DNA of 64,000 nucleotides. Origin: Antedon mediterranea (Eukaryota > Animalia > Echinodermata). This document shows positions 37,630 to 50,571 of this stretch, piece by piece. Under the pieces are notes generated by a model. The model made no database searches and had not been told where the DNA came from. It worked only from the letters and a program-made list of their open reading frames with translations. Each line of letters starts with the position of its first letter. Positions within the stretch are counted from its first letter, which is position 1. The DNA is taken from the NCBI RefSeq assembly GCF_964355755.1, contig NC_092674.1, positions 17,980,001 to 18,044,000 on the forward strand. The letters are read 5' to 3'. Position numbers and translations under genes: made by a program.

Positions 37630-40500
37630 AAATGTGCAATCTAAGGTTAATTATGATAAAAAGAGACAGAATTAAACTGTACAGTACATTCTGTGTAGTA
37701 GGTCGTCCTAATTGGTCATACGTCAGCACATTCGGCATGTACCACTTTGTTGACATCTTTCTTCCAGTTTGACTTTGGTTAGTATTCGGAGCATGTTCAT
37801 GTTCGCTTAACCTGCCCGTTGCTTTCAGGATGGTATGGTGAAGTTCTGGATTTTCTGATGCCACAGTAGTTTGCAAATGGTGGAATAGTTGATTTTCAAA
37901 CTCCCTGCCTTAGTCATGATGGATTCTCTATGGGAATCCAAGGTCCAGAACGTATTAATTGAACATTTTCTCTGCAGCAGTTCTGCCTGATTTGTTGGTT
38001 ATGGGGTATGCCTGTGCAAACTTGGAGAAAATCTATTAAAACAAGTTCAAAAGGTGCAGTAGAGACGATGCTACTGTGATTTTGGTAAAAACATGTGGTT
38101 TCTTGCTCTTTAGACAGGAACATACCTTAGTAATATGATTCTCTATGTCTCTTATGTGTGGCCATTGCTAGATTGAATGCATTTCTCTGTAAATTAAAGG
38201 ATAGAGGCTCTTTGGAATTACAAGTTGTGATTTTGATTCCAGTTTTCGATTCAAGATACCCTCATCAAAAGATCTTGTGTTGGGTGTCTCACCATGTCTC
38301 TCTTTATTGGTATGTTGACGATTCTTGAGTTTATACTTGATCACTCATCCGATGTCCAAATCATTGCGTTGGGCTATTTGCAAGGCTTTCTTGTCAATTG
38401 CAGGAATAGTTTGTGAGACTTCAGCTATCATTGGATCAACCCATGCTGTGTATGTATCTCCAGTTGAATACCAGCTACAGTTGCATGGGCTACATCTTGT
38501 TTAAATTCCTCAGTACATGACTTCATGTAATCCTCCACCGCCGTTGGATTTTTCCCCGTCGATACATAATGGTGAAGTTGAAGTCTGCCAACTTGCCTAC
38601 CCATTGATGACCAGTTGCATTTAGCCTTACTGAAGATTACACATAGGTTAGTGGATTGTTATCTGTGTACACCTTTTCCAGAGTGTATGTATAGGACTGC
38701 TCCAAGACCGTCCTGTGATGCGTCCATGTGAACTATATACGGCATGATTGGAGGTTGGACTAAGCATTCGATTAGGTCTTCGAGAACCTTTTGATGTCTG
38801 GTGGTCCAAACAATTGATTCCTTGGAAGTCATTTGTCCAGTTTTGTTATTCTTTCCTGTCATTCTTTATTCTGCTTCTGTTTCTGTCTCGTGCATAGGCT
38901 GACAATTAGACTCCTTGGGGACAGTAAAGAGTTCATATAGTGGTTTTGCTAATCTTGCAAAGTTCTGGATGTACTGCCTAATAATAGCCCAAAAGTTCCA
39001 AAAGTTTTCGTACATCACCCGCCGTTGCTGGTTGTTTGTCTTTTAAAGCCTCTGTTTCAACAGAATCAACCAACCTCTTCCCAAATATAATATATGTTTT
39101 TCAAATAAGTTGCATTTGTGGCACGGACAAGCCAAACCAGTTGCTTGTCGGTAATCCCCGACTGAGATACAGCATAGAATAGGCAAAATCATGTTGACAA
39201 AAAAAAAATTTAACAAATATTTTCTAAGCGAAATCTGGCTTGTTTACTAACTATGAATATAGCTAATTCAAAGAGGTGTATTTCTATTGGAGAATGATTT
39301 CAGTTGTTCTTCATCCTAACTAAACCAATGATAACGACTTTTAGTGATATAAACAACAATATTTTCGACGAACGCCGTATCCGGCGCTGTGATTGGCCAA
39401 TTATGCTTACATGGTTTTAAAGCTGCACAATGTCGTAGCTGTCAAAATTCCACCCACTTGTGCAGTGGTTCAAAAGAGGACACAACGCGAGAGCAGTGTA
39501 TACTGAGATTTTGCATGTTACAAGAGTAATATAAAAAAATGATTCCCGAATTTTATTAACATCTGATAACTAAAACAATAATAAAACCGTGTCCTCTTGT
39601 CCGTTGCTAGGGCGTTCATTCAGCCTCACTGCCCAGCAGCACATCGATAAACTTTCAACACACATTTCTCCGAAATATAATCCAGAGAGTTCCAACACAT
39701 ACATGTTTTAACATAAAATTGTAAGTAAAAGTCGGATTACAATAATTGTTTTACCATTATAAAACAGATAATTAGTTGCATAATAATATAATATTATCTC
39801 CAAATTAAATATTTGCGACACATTTGCTAGGCTTAAGTTTTATGCCATTTTGTTGTAGGCGGCGAAGTAAAACTCTTACATGTATATTGTGTTCTTTAAA
39901 AGTTCTGTTATGTACAAGGATATCATCTAAATAGATTTCACAGAAAAGAGAATCCAGAGAATTTTCCATACATCGTTGGAAAGCTGCTGGAGCGTTCATC
40001 AATCCAAATGGAATCCGGACCCATGGAGTGACAAATGCGGTGAATGGTCTGAATGGTCGGCTTGCTGCTTGAATAAATCCCTGATGATATGCTTTATCCT
40101 TGGTCCATTGTGGTAAACCACCTAAACTATTGAGGACATCTTGGACTCTATATATTGCTTGTCGGTCTGGTATAGTTTTCTTGTTGAGTTCCCGGTAATC
40201 TATACACAACCGGAGGTTACCATCCTTCTTCCGCACACAAACAACAGGTGAAGAGACCGACGATTTTGACTTTAAACTGATCCATTATGTAGACGGATGG
40301 TCAGTGTAGCCTCTATCCATCTATCAAAGGGATAATAGTCCCATTCGCGGCCTTCAATTGGATGTTATCTAAGAAACGAGAGAGGTTGGATGGCTGGAAT
40401 ATTCTGTTTGATTCAGTCTCTGGGTAGAATTGATACTTGGGCTCCTGTATCCCAGAGAGCCTTGGTTGATCCTACAGTCCATCATATATTTCTGTCTTAC
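37630..40500 (-). mobile_element. Gypsy LTR retrotransposon pol remnant
   Basis: In PR-RT-RH-IN order on the minus strand: ALWDTGAQVSI (~40430-40460), [20 protein letters not shown] / [13 protein letters not shown] / [34 protein letters not shown]. Confidence 0.85.
39119..39820. mobile_element. Unclassified 702-bp insertion within the Gypsy RT
   Basis: CATTTG is repeated on both sides (39113-39118, 39821-39826) and the ends are TG..CA. Removing it restores KLKPSKCNLF. Confidence 0.6.
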
Positions 40501-40589
40501 CAGTCGGCTCACACAGTCATGTCGCTTGTATCTTGATAATGGAGACTGTTACTGCTACTGGTCGTCTCTGGTCAGCAACCTCTTCAAAT

Positions 40590-41110
40590 GATACTTAACA
40601 GGGTGATCCGTCTCCAGTTTTTTAGATACCCATACGGTTTATTTCCAGATGGGAGTAACGTGATTATTCCTGACTTTTGAGAAATGACCTGATGTATCAG
40701 ATTCATTGATAGCTCTTAAAAGATGGCAACCCAGATCCTCGAAGAAGAATTTAAAAAACTCATAGCTGAAACCGTCAATACTCTGTGATTCTCTGATCTG
40801 TTAAGGGAGGTTAAAAGTTCACTATAAGTGATTGGTCCATCGATTTTAATTTTTTGTCTTTTTGATAATGTCGGTACATTAATTATTTATGGTTTTAAAA
40901 AATGTTTCAATATTTTCTTCGTCAACTGTATTGTGACTTGAAGAATAAAGGTTTTCATAAAACTCCTTGAGAATTTCATTTGTGTTTTGTAGTGTTCTAT
41001 TTCTTTCTTTTATTATTTTATTTATATTTTTATTAAATTTTTCTTTTCCGGTTAAGAAAAACTTTTCCCCTTCTTCAAACCATTTAAGTTTAGTTTTCAT
41101 CAATATTCTA
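40590..41110 (-). mobile_element. Tx1/L1 ORF2 fragment
   Basis: KWFEEGEKFF, EILKEFYENLYSS, DGPITYSELL, KNWRRITLL. Confidence 0.7.
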
Positions 41111-41230
41111 TCTATTTTTACTCGCTCATCTTCTCCTCCTCTTCCTCTTCTTCCATCTGGACACTATTGAGCCAACTTTCAAGTCCTACTAGTTCTTTAT
41201 GCGTCGTCTGACATGGCATTCATATACTAG

Positions 41231-44200
41231 TAGTGGAGTCTGTTAGGGATATTTTGGTTCACTTTTTTCCAAAAGCATCAAATTTGGTATACAGGTTGCC
41301 CACCCTATACAAATTAAATTTTTGATGGGCGCCAAGCAAAATGACCCCTTGGGTCACCTAATTTGCATAATTTTAAATGGCGGACACTTTCGCTTAAACA
41401 GTCTATATCTCTGAAACTACTGGTCATAGAGAATTGATTTTTAGCTCAAAATGTTCACAACATAAACATTCCTATTTACTCTAATGAAGTATTTTTGAAA
41501 AAAATGACCGGAAGTACCAGTTTTAACCTTTGACCCATATTTTAAGGCATTGCCATATCTCAGTAAATAGTTGTCACAGACAGTTTATTTAAGTGTCAAA
41601 TTGTTCAGAATATATATGTTACTATTTAGTTTAATGAAACATTTTATCCAAAAATGACCGGAAGTACTCAGTTTTGCCTTTGACCGTTACGGTGTAATTA
41701 CCAACCTTTTTATGGTTAATATATTTTGATATCCATAAAACTACTTGTCATAGAGAGTTAATGTTGGTGTCAAAATGTTCAGAACATAAACATTTCTATT
41801 TACTATAATAAAGTTTTTTCTAAAATAATGACCAGAAATACCTTATTTGACCTTTGACCTGTTTTTTCAGGCAAATTGCTATATCTCATTATTGGGTTGG
41901 CGTGGAAAGTTCATTTTGGTGTCAAATTGTTCAGAATATATATGTTTCTATTCTGCTTAATAGAAGACTTTTCAAAAAAATGTCAGGAAGTATAGTTTAT
42001 TGACTTGTTAAATACATAAAATTTATAAATTTGTTCAGTTAATTGTATAGTTAACTGTATATTTATGATATTATTTTGCAACCCACTTTTGAGCACTTGT
42101 CGAAGATGGCTGCTTGCATGTGCAATTGAACAAAGTATACTGAACAAAGCTATATCTCATTATTGGGTTGGCGTGGAAAGTTCATTTTGGTGTCAGATTG
42201 TTCAGAATATATATGTTACTATTATGTTTAATAGAAGATTTTTCCAAAAAATGTCAGGAAGTACAGTTGACCTGTTACATACATAAAATTATAAATTTGT
42301 TCAAGTTAACTGTATATTTATATTATTTTGCAATCCACTTTTGAGCACTTGTCGAAGATGGCTACTTGCATGTGCAATTGAACGAAGTATACTGAATGAA
42401 GTTGAATATAGTCCTATTTGTAGTGAGTCTAGAGTAACGCAAATGAGAGTAAATTGTTTAGACAAAAAATACCCAATCTCATTCTCATCTAATCGAGTAC
42501 TTAAATGAAGTCTTCTACACATTTAGCAATAATGTTTAGGCCTACTGATGAAATCTATTCAAGTTTTGTTTTGGAAAGTTAGTGTTTCCATCACTTGTGT
42601 TTGTTTGGTTGTTACATTCAGGGTAATTTTCCTATATTGCATTTCTTCGCTGAGTATCTTTCTTTAAAGGGCCTTCAAACTGGGGTATAACCTACTAATT
42701 AAAAGGATGGACATTTTCGGGATGCACAATATAAAAACTAGACTACTGTTGCCATATCACGAACCACAACTGAAAAATATATTTTTTCCACCAGACCTAA
42801 AGTAATCCTTGGTCCGCCAAACTTGGCAGAATTCCCGAATTTTAATTTTAAAAAATTTGGCCATCATCTGGACACGATTTGGGTATTACAGTTTTGTTAC
42901 TTATGACATTACGCCTTAGTATCATCTTTTTCATTATTGCCTTTTTACTTGATTTTTGGTTGATTAGTAAATGTTAAATTGTTGTTATATTGGAATTGGT
43001 AACAACTCTTGGCTTGTGTAACATAATGTATTGATGAGCTGTTTTAACCTCATGAACAGATTTACTTTTATTACTTTCATTTCTTTTATGTACATTTTCA
43101 AAGTATTGAATGATGGCAGAAAGAATTATGCGCCTTGAGCACTCTGGAGTGGTATGTGCGCTATAAAAATCTTATTATTATTATTATTATTATTAATGAT
43201 GTGTCCTTTCTCATATCGAGTATTTGGAAAATAATGGCTTATTCAAACTTCTTTAGCAATCCTTGAACAGTCTGGTTGCTTCAGTCACCATAAGCACATG
43301 TATGGTAATTGTAATATTTTCAGTGTTCTCGTAAAGACGAAATGCCCCATCATGTTCTGAGCTTGAGTATGATATTGTTTCTTAGAAATGAGGCTAAACC
43401 TTTTTGTTGATTTTTGCACAACATTTCCATTCATAAAATTTGCATTGTTCACATAGTCAAGGACATGCAATACAGAGTTCATTTTAAGTTTGAAAAAAGG
43501 GCAATATATGAAAAAGAGGATACTAGAGCGTAACATGTCCTTAGTAACAAAACTGTTCCTATTCATCCAATCTCTTCTAGATGATTACTGTATATGGTCG
43601 ATTTCTTTTCTTTTTTTGTTGTTGAAAATCTTTGAGAACCACCAAGCTGGACGGTCCTTGGATGACTTAGGTCTGGAGGACAGAAATCTTCGGTGTCTTT
43701 TCCCCATTCAGTGGTTGTTCGTGTTATGGCAACAAAGAGAAATGTAGCAACATGAAATTGTTATGCAACAGCAAACACAAGTGACGGAAACACTAACTTT
43801 CCAAAACAAAACTTTTACTGGATTTCATCAGTAGGCCTACACATTATTGCTAAATATGTGGAAGACTTCATTTAAAAGTACTCGATTAGATGAGATTGGG
43901 TATTTTTTGTATATACAATTTTCTCATTTCTCATTTACATTACTCTAGACTCACTACAAATAGGACAATCTATTCAACTTTGTTCAGTATACTTTGTTCA
44001 ATTGCACATGCAAGCAGCCATCTTCGACAAGTGCTCAAAAGTGGGTTGCAAAATAATATCATAAATATACAGTTAACTATACAATTAACTGAACAAATTT
44101 ATAAATTTTATGTATTTAACAAGTCAATAAACTATACTTCCTGACATTTTTTTGAAAAGTCTTCTATTAAGCAGAATAGAAACATATATATTCTGAACAA

Positions 44201-44906
44201 TCTGACACCAAAATGAACTTTCCACTCCAACCTAATAATGAGATATGGCAATTTGCCTGAAAAAACAGGTCAAAGGTCAAATATGGTATTTCTGGTCATT
44301 ATTTGAGAAAAAACTTTATTATAGTAAATAGAAATGTTTATGTTCTGAACATTTTGACACCAACATTAACTCTCTATGACAAGTAGTTTTATGGATATCA
44401 AAATATATTAACCGTAACAAGGCTGGTAATTACATCGTAACGGTCAAAGGCAAAACTGAGTACTTCCGGTCATTTTTGGATAAAATGTTTCATTAAATTA
44501 AATAGTAACATATATATTCTGAACAATTTGACACTTAAATAAACTGTCTGTGACAACTATTTACTGAGATATGGCAATGCCTTAAAATATGGGTCAAAGG
44601 TTAAAACTGGTACTTCCGGTCATTTTTTTCAAAAAAACTTCATTAGAGTAAATAGGAATGTTTATGTTGTGAACATTTTGGGCTAAAAATCAACTCTCTA
44701 TGACCAGTATTTTTAGAGATATGGACTGTTTAAGCGAAAATGTCCGCCATTTTAAATTATGCAAATTAGGTGACCCAATGGGTCATTTTGCTTGGCGCCC
44801 ATCAAAAATTGAATTTGTATAGGATGGGCAACCTGTATACCAAATTTGGTGCTTTTGGAAGAAACTGAACCAAACACCCTTATTTCAGCCCTAACAGACT
44901 CCACTA
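41231..44906. mobile_element. Academ-type non-autonomous element 3 with >1-kb inverted arms
   Basis: TAGTGGAGTCTGTTAGGG..CCCTAACAGACTCCACTA with TSD TAG (41228-41230, 44907-44909). ~41255-42605 mirrors ~43770-44872, with an extra internal duplication in the left arm. Confidence 0.8.
43125..43195 (+). mobile_element. Short L2-type 3' end
   Basis: GCGCCTTGAGCAC..GTGCGCTATAAAAAT followed by (TTA)n, like the tail at 23430-23504. Confidence 0.55.
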
Positions 44907-45519
44907 TAGGGTAATAGGTGAACAAAGCTATAGAGAGAAAATATTCCTACTTCAACCGGATGCAGAATTATGACGTCATAAACATGGTACCAATCGTAAA
45001 AAGTGCGATTTATAAAGTACTGCTCATCCCTTATTCGTTGTAGTATTGAGCTGGGATTTGGCATGGGTATACTACAGGGACATGACCTCAAAGCTATAGA
45101 GCCGGATTTTTTAATTTCAAACCGGATGCAGTCATATGAAGTCTCGAAGATGGTACCTTGGTGCCGAAACGATTTTCGTCGTAATACAGCCGTGTTTGGT
45201 GTCATTTCAAAGGTCTTGACTTGAAACCTATTTATGATATTGTGACGTCACTTCTGCTCCCGGAAATGGCAAAAAATCACTTTGAGATTTCATAATTTAC
45301 CGTAATTATGCCATTTCCGGTTATGTGACGTAACTTTTCGGAATATAGCCGTATTTGGTAGCGAGGTTATTGATGTGTATGTGACGTAATATCCCGTCTT
45401 ATGACGTCATTACAGCTTCTTTTGCTGTACCCCGAGTATCGCACATTCGTGCTTGTTACTTTTCGAATAAAGCTCACCAGATTTAATTTCTAGTGTGTCA
45501 ATTAGTGTGGAGTCACCCT

Positions 45520-47200
45520 TTATATTGATTGTTATTTTTTTTATTTCCAATCCTTTTTTATTTTCCATCTTTCTTTCATAGTGAATGTCTTTTATTAGGG
45601 TATTATCAAATTTCCAATATCATGGTCCAAGGTTTACCTGGTACATCGTCATTTTAATATCGACAAGTGAGTGATTTGTTCGATAACCCGGCTTTATATT
45701 ACATTCCAGTATTTTGCTATTTAATTCGGATGAGATTAGAAAATAATCAAGCCTGGCTTTCCTTTGGATTGTTTATACGCCGAACATTGGTAAGATCGAA
45801 TTCTATACAAAAATTTAATTTCTTTTCTCTGCCCTTTTGGTTGTCTTAGGAAATTTTTACAGTCTAATTTTGTCAGTTTCAATCGCCACAAACGATGTTA
45901 TGTGTATTTTCATATTCTAATATAACTTCCTTTACCAAGGAATGGTAATTTAATACACTCCCTCCTCTTTTTGAGCTCAAAACTCATTCATGGAGTTTCG
46001 AGGGGCTAGTATACATGGATGTGGTAATAATCAAGCCACTCCTAGCCTGTAAACAAAATATCATAATGACATAGGACATAATTATTAATAATAACTAATA
46101 ATGGACAAATAACATCCATGTGAATTTGTTTAATTATCTATCCAATATCTAAAATGTCTAACTCACTATTTTCACTAGATTTGGCTTTCTTTCTTTTCAA
46201 AAATTCTTTCCTAACTCGTTTTTCCCTTCTTGTTTTATGAACCTTATCATTAGGAGAATTGTCAATGATTTTATTTATTTTGCCATCTAAATGTCCAAAT
46301 TTAATAAGGAAATTAACCACATCATCTACAGTAACTGACGTGAAATAACCACAGAAGCCTTTTCTGCCTTTAATTCGTTTTCATCTGTCAACTTTTCCTT
46401 CCTAGCCTGACCTCTAGTGATGATGCATAGATGAGTCTTATTCCCCTTTCCTAATAAACTTGGAAAGTTCCTACCAAGAGTTGGTAAAATCCCTTGGTAT
46501 CGCTACAAACGCCAACCAACAAATTGTGGTCGCCATTCCAGACCTTAATATTAATGACTGCAGTAGAATAGGCTTGGACATGTTCTGCGCGATTTATTTT
46601 CTTAGTGTCATGTCAGAATCTATCAAAATTTCACAACACATCCCTTGACTAGGCCTCTACAAATGTAAGGTGTGCGTTGCTTTAAAATAGTGGCCGTCTT
46701 TGTAGACAAGAAGCCATCCTTACTACAAAAAAATCGTTCAATATGGCCTAATTTTTTGCACCGTCTACAAACAAGAGTTTGTCTAGCAGAATGTGATTTC
46801 TACAAGTTATCAGGGGGATTATTATTACCCTTCAGAAGTGCATTTTCAGTGTTGTATCCGGATTGTTTCTATTTTCATTTTTCCTATTTCTCAAAATCTA
46901 CACCTTTCCTAGCCTGAAAATAGTTCCGCAGCATTTAAGCTAGAATCAGGTTTATGTTGTTTAACCTAAATTTGTACCCCTGTGGCAAAATATCTATCAA
47001 TTGTTCTAATATAACAATTTCGACTAAATCATCTTTGCTCTTATCAGAAGGCCTAGCCCACTTTAATAAATCTTTTAATCCAACATACATTTCTCTAGAT
47101 AACGTTCTTAACTTTTCTTTTTAATTGACCTTAAATTTGCCTATTATAGGTCTCTTCAGTTATATCATACGTTTGTAAAATTGTTTTCTTCATCTTCTCG
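45520..47200 (-). mobile_element. Highly decayed Gypsy-like gag/protease remnant, possibly with SCAN-like gag
   Basis: Minus-strand DLVEIVILEQLIDILP near 47030-46980 resembles SCAN-type gag. Little else is readable. Confidence 0.35.
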
Positions 47201-47239
47201 TACTAAGATTTGTATAAAAGAACAGGAGAGACTTAGTGG

Positions 47240-47470
47240 AGTAAGGATGTAAAGAACAGGAAGGCTGACATGGTATGGTCATATACTCCGATTAAAATGA
47301 AAGACACCAGCTAAGATCGCACTCAGAGAGGCTCAGAGAAAGACCAAAAGACTGAAAACAACATGGATGGCAAACATTAAAAAAGAAAGAGAACTTTTCA
47401 CATGCAGACCTATGCACATGTTTGCTCAAAAGCAAAAGTTGAACACCCAAGATTAGATGATGATAATAAT
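47240..47470 (+). mobile_element. RTE-clade LINE 3' fragment
   Basis: RLTWYGHILRL..TPAKIAL..KTTWMANIKKE followed by a (GAT/AAT)n tail. Confidence 0.6.
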
Positions 47471-49340
47471 TTCATTATAATATATCTTGTAAAGAAATAA
47501 TGCATATTTATTTTTTATTACAATATGAATCAATAATATTTAAAACCGAGTTGAAAGTTGAGTTCTAAAAACAACTGGGGTAGTTTGTTTGTACAAATTG
47601 TTGTCATCTGTAACACTGAGGGGCCTGACTTTTCTCTTGAAATTCCTATTTTGAACAGCTGTGCACGTCGGCCACTACTAGAAAAAGAAAAAATCAACAT
47701 GGAGTATGGAGTTTCAAACTTGCAATCTCTAGATGGGAAGACAAATAGTATTTCACTCAAAACTCTCTGCGAATCTGTCAACATCTTTGAAAATAGCGAA
47801 AATAGGTTTTTAAATCTCTTGATGAAGATGAATTTAATATTACTAGAGGGTGAGCTCACTTCGCTCGCTCCCCCTCTAGGAAGTGTAGACGATGGTTCTC
47901 CTTGTACGTTTTCTGTCGGTTACCATTATTGAAAATGCTTGACATTCGTAAAACTAAACTACTTTGTTTCACAGTGTTTTAGATGATTAATAACATTTTA
48001 AAGTATAGTTTTTATTGTTTGGTAGGGCCCTTTGGGGAGGCGGAGTTCATTTGAGGGAGGTGCTTATTCGAGGGATATATGCTAAATTTTTTAGTTTTAA
48101 TAATATCCTCTAATAGATATGAAAAGTGGTAAAAAAGAATAACAAATGCTTGGTAAATTGTAGATAACAGTGCGATGAATTCCACTACAAATAGTATAAT
48201 TGTGTTATTATAAATGTGGATGGACGTTTATTAGATAGTTGGGTTGGGAAGGGGGGGGGATTATTATTCAAAGTGATGTTTTATTGGAGAGGCGTTTATT
48301 CAAATAAATACCATCCTAATAATTAATAATACATTATTTAATTTAAACATCTTTTGAAACTAACTGCCGTGACAGAGTGGGCTCAAGAAAGAAGACATTA
48401 CGGCTTGCAACATGGGCAGACATCTCTGTCCTAACGGGACACAGGAAGATAGCCTACAGTTATTCCTGCCAGCTTACTCAATAAAACTCAGATATCGGGA
48501 TTTCACTCGATTTTAAACAAAATGTCTTATCATCAAATCTCCCTATTTTATAATATATTCTGATTCTTTATGGCGTATATTTAATTTGATCTTTATTAAT
48601 TTGCAGTATAATTTCTATTAACTTAAGCTCCAGTCCTACTATCTGATTTTTTTTTTTTCGTCTTCCAAAGGGACACTGTATTGATTGATGGAAAGTGCCT
48701 GTTTCCAGTCACCTTTAGGGTCAAATCTATTATTTTAACTGCTCCCTTGTGTATAAAAGAGAGAAAATAGTTGAAACCAGGTTGTTGCAAGGTGAACTTA
48801 TCGTAAACCCGGAAATTACTTTGACCGCGAAGAATTGAAAATCTACTGTTGAAATCATAAATTTTGTTTAAAAACTCTTTATAATATCTTCCTAAAATAG
48901 AAATATGGCACAATAGCGTCGAACTGAACACTAATGTTATCAAATCTACGTTTCGCGGTACATCTGAGATAGATAAGGTAGGTATCCAAGGCGGAGATTT
49001 GTACCGAAGTTTTTGCATTGTGCTCGCCTATGTCAGAATTAACCATAATTAGTTATCCGCTTAGTAGCGGATAACTCCTTGTAATCGTCCTGTTTCATCA
49101 TATTTTTTTTTCTTTTTGGTTATCCGCACTTGGCGGATAACCCCTTGTTATTGTCAGGATCTTTTTTTTTTTAGGCTATCGCTCTCTGTAGAGCGATAGC
49201 CTATTGTTATTGTCACAAATTTCATTTTTTCTGCTCAATTTTTGTGCGCAGCAGATCTCAAAAATGGCGGTAGCAGTTATGTTGTAACTTGGCCAGCAGA
49301 TGCACGTATATATGTAGTTGTGAAACACACTTTGGTTTAA

Positions 49341-50571
49341 CCCATTGACCCCTAAGTTTATTTTGCTCCCCTGGGACCCAAAAAGCATATGTCATATAAT
49401 TAACCCTAACTTTTTTTCTAAACACAGACATTAAAAAAATTAAAAAACAAAAATAATTCAAAGGACATTTTATTTCCAAATATGTTATCAAATTTGTGTT
49501 ACAACTTATTTTGGCGGAGTATGGATTATGCAAATTTTAGAAATATTTTAGGAAAATTATTAAAAATTTGTAATTTATCTTTGACTACCAAATGCACAAA
49601 AATTAATAAATATTTCATAATAAAACTCATCTCTTCATCAGAACCTATTTCTTCTCTTCAAAATAAGACCAAACTTGACCATTATGAATGACCGGTTTCG
49701 AAATTATGAAGAAATTAGTAGACTGACTCATCCGACGATGACCATATGGGGCCTAGGCCTATCGGGAGCCGCCCCGAGAGCGTCCTCGCCGCTGTTTGTT
49801 CACCGGGAATGTTAAAAAAAACATCCCGAAAGCGACTTGGAATTCGCGATTCCCACGCGCACCGGCATCCCTCGGGAGCTTAGTCCGCTGTTTTAGACGT
49901 GTAGCTTGCAGAAAATTTGACGAAAATGCGCCGAAAACTTATGAAATTAAAACAAGTTTGGTATCAAAATGTTTGTCAAAAGTTATGCTTCAATAAACTG
50001 ACCTTTGCGCAGAATTTGAACAAATATTTCATGCCCATAATGCATCTGACATGTCAGGGTTCATATTACAATCAAAGGTAAACAATATGGCGCGGCCCTC
50101 GTGAGGACATCTTCACGACTTTTCTCCGGTAGAAAAATCACATTTTTACATGGAAATATGACGATTTAGACACTGTAACTGATACATAATCTTTATTTAT
50201 TATACATTTATTGTATACAAGCTTCAAAATAGTGATTATTAGAAATAAAGATGGATTTTAGACGATTTTACGTTGTATGTTTAGGCCTAGATTCATTCAA
50301 CGCGCCTGTCGCGTTTCGAACAGCGTGCTTCGAAAAACGGTTATATTTTCGAATTTTATTTTCAAACTAACTTCAACAATTGTTTTTATATATTTAGAAG
50401 CATATTTTTAAAAAAAAAGTTGTGAGTATTTTGTATAATTTGTTGTTACGATTCATGCACAGCAAACTGCGCATGTAAATTCGATTTACTTTTTTTTTGT
50501 TGAAAATTTGTTTACAATGACCTTGACTTTTAACCTTTTGAGCGCTTTAAGCGCTTATCGTGGTGAATCGG
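49341..50571. mobile_element. piggyBac-like MITE inside Helentron C
   Basis: TTAA|CCCATTGACC .. GGTGAATCGG|TTAA, imperfect TIRs. Confidence 0.5.

Larger units (their letters stand above)
41115..45457 (+). mobile_element. Helentron-like non-autonomous element interrupted by Academ derivative 3
   Basis: 5' TTTTTACTCG followed by a TCC/TTC microsatellite. 3' sub-TIR CGAGTA, hairpin GCAC-ATTC-GTGC and terminal TTGTT. Confidence 0.5.
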
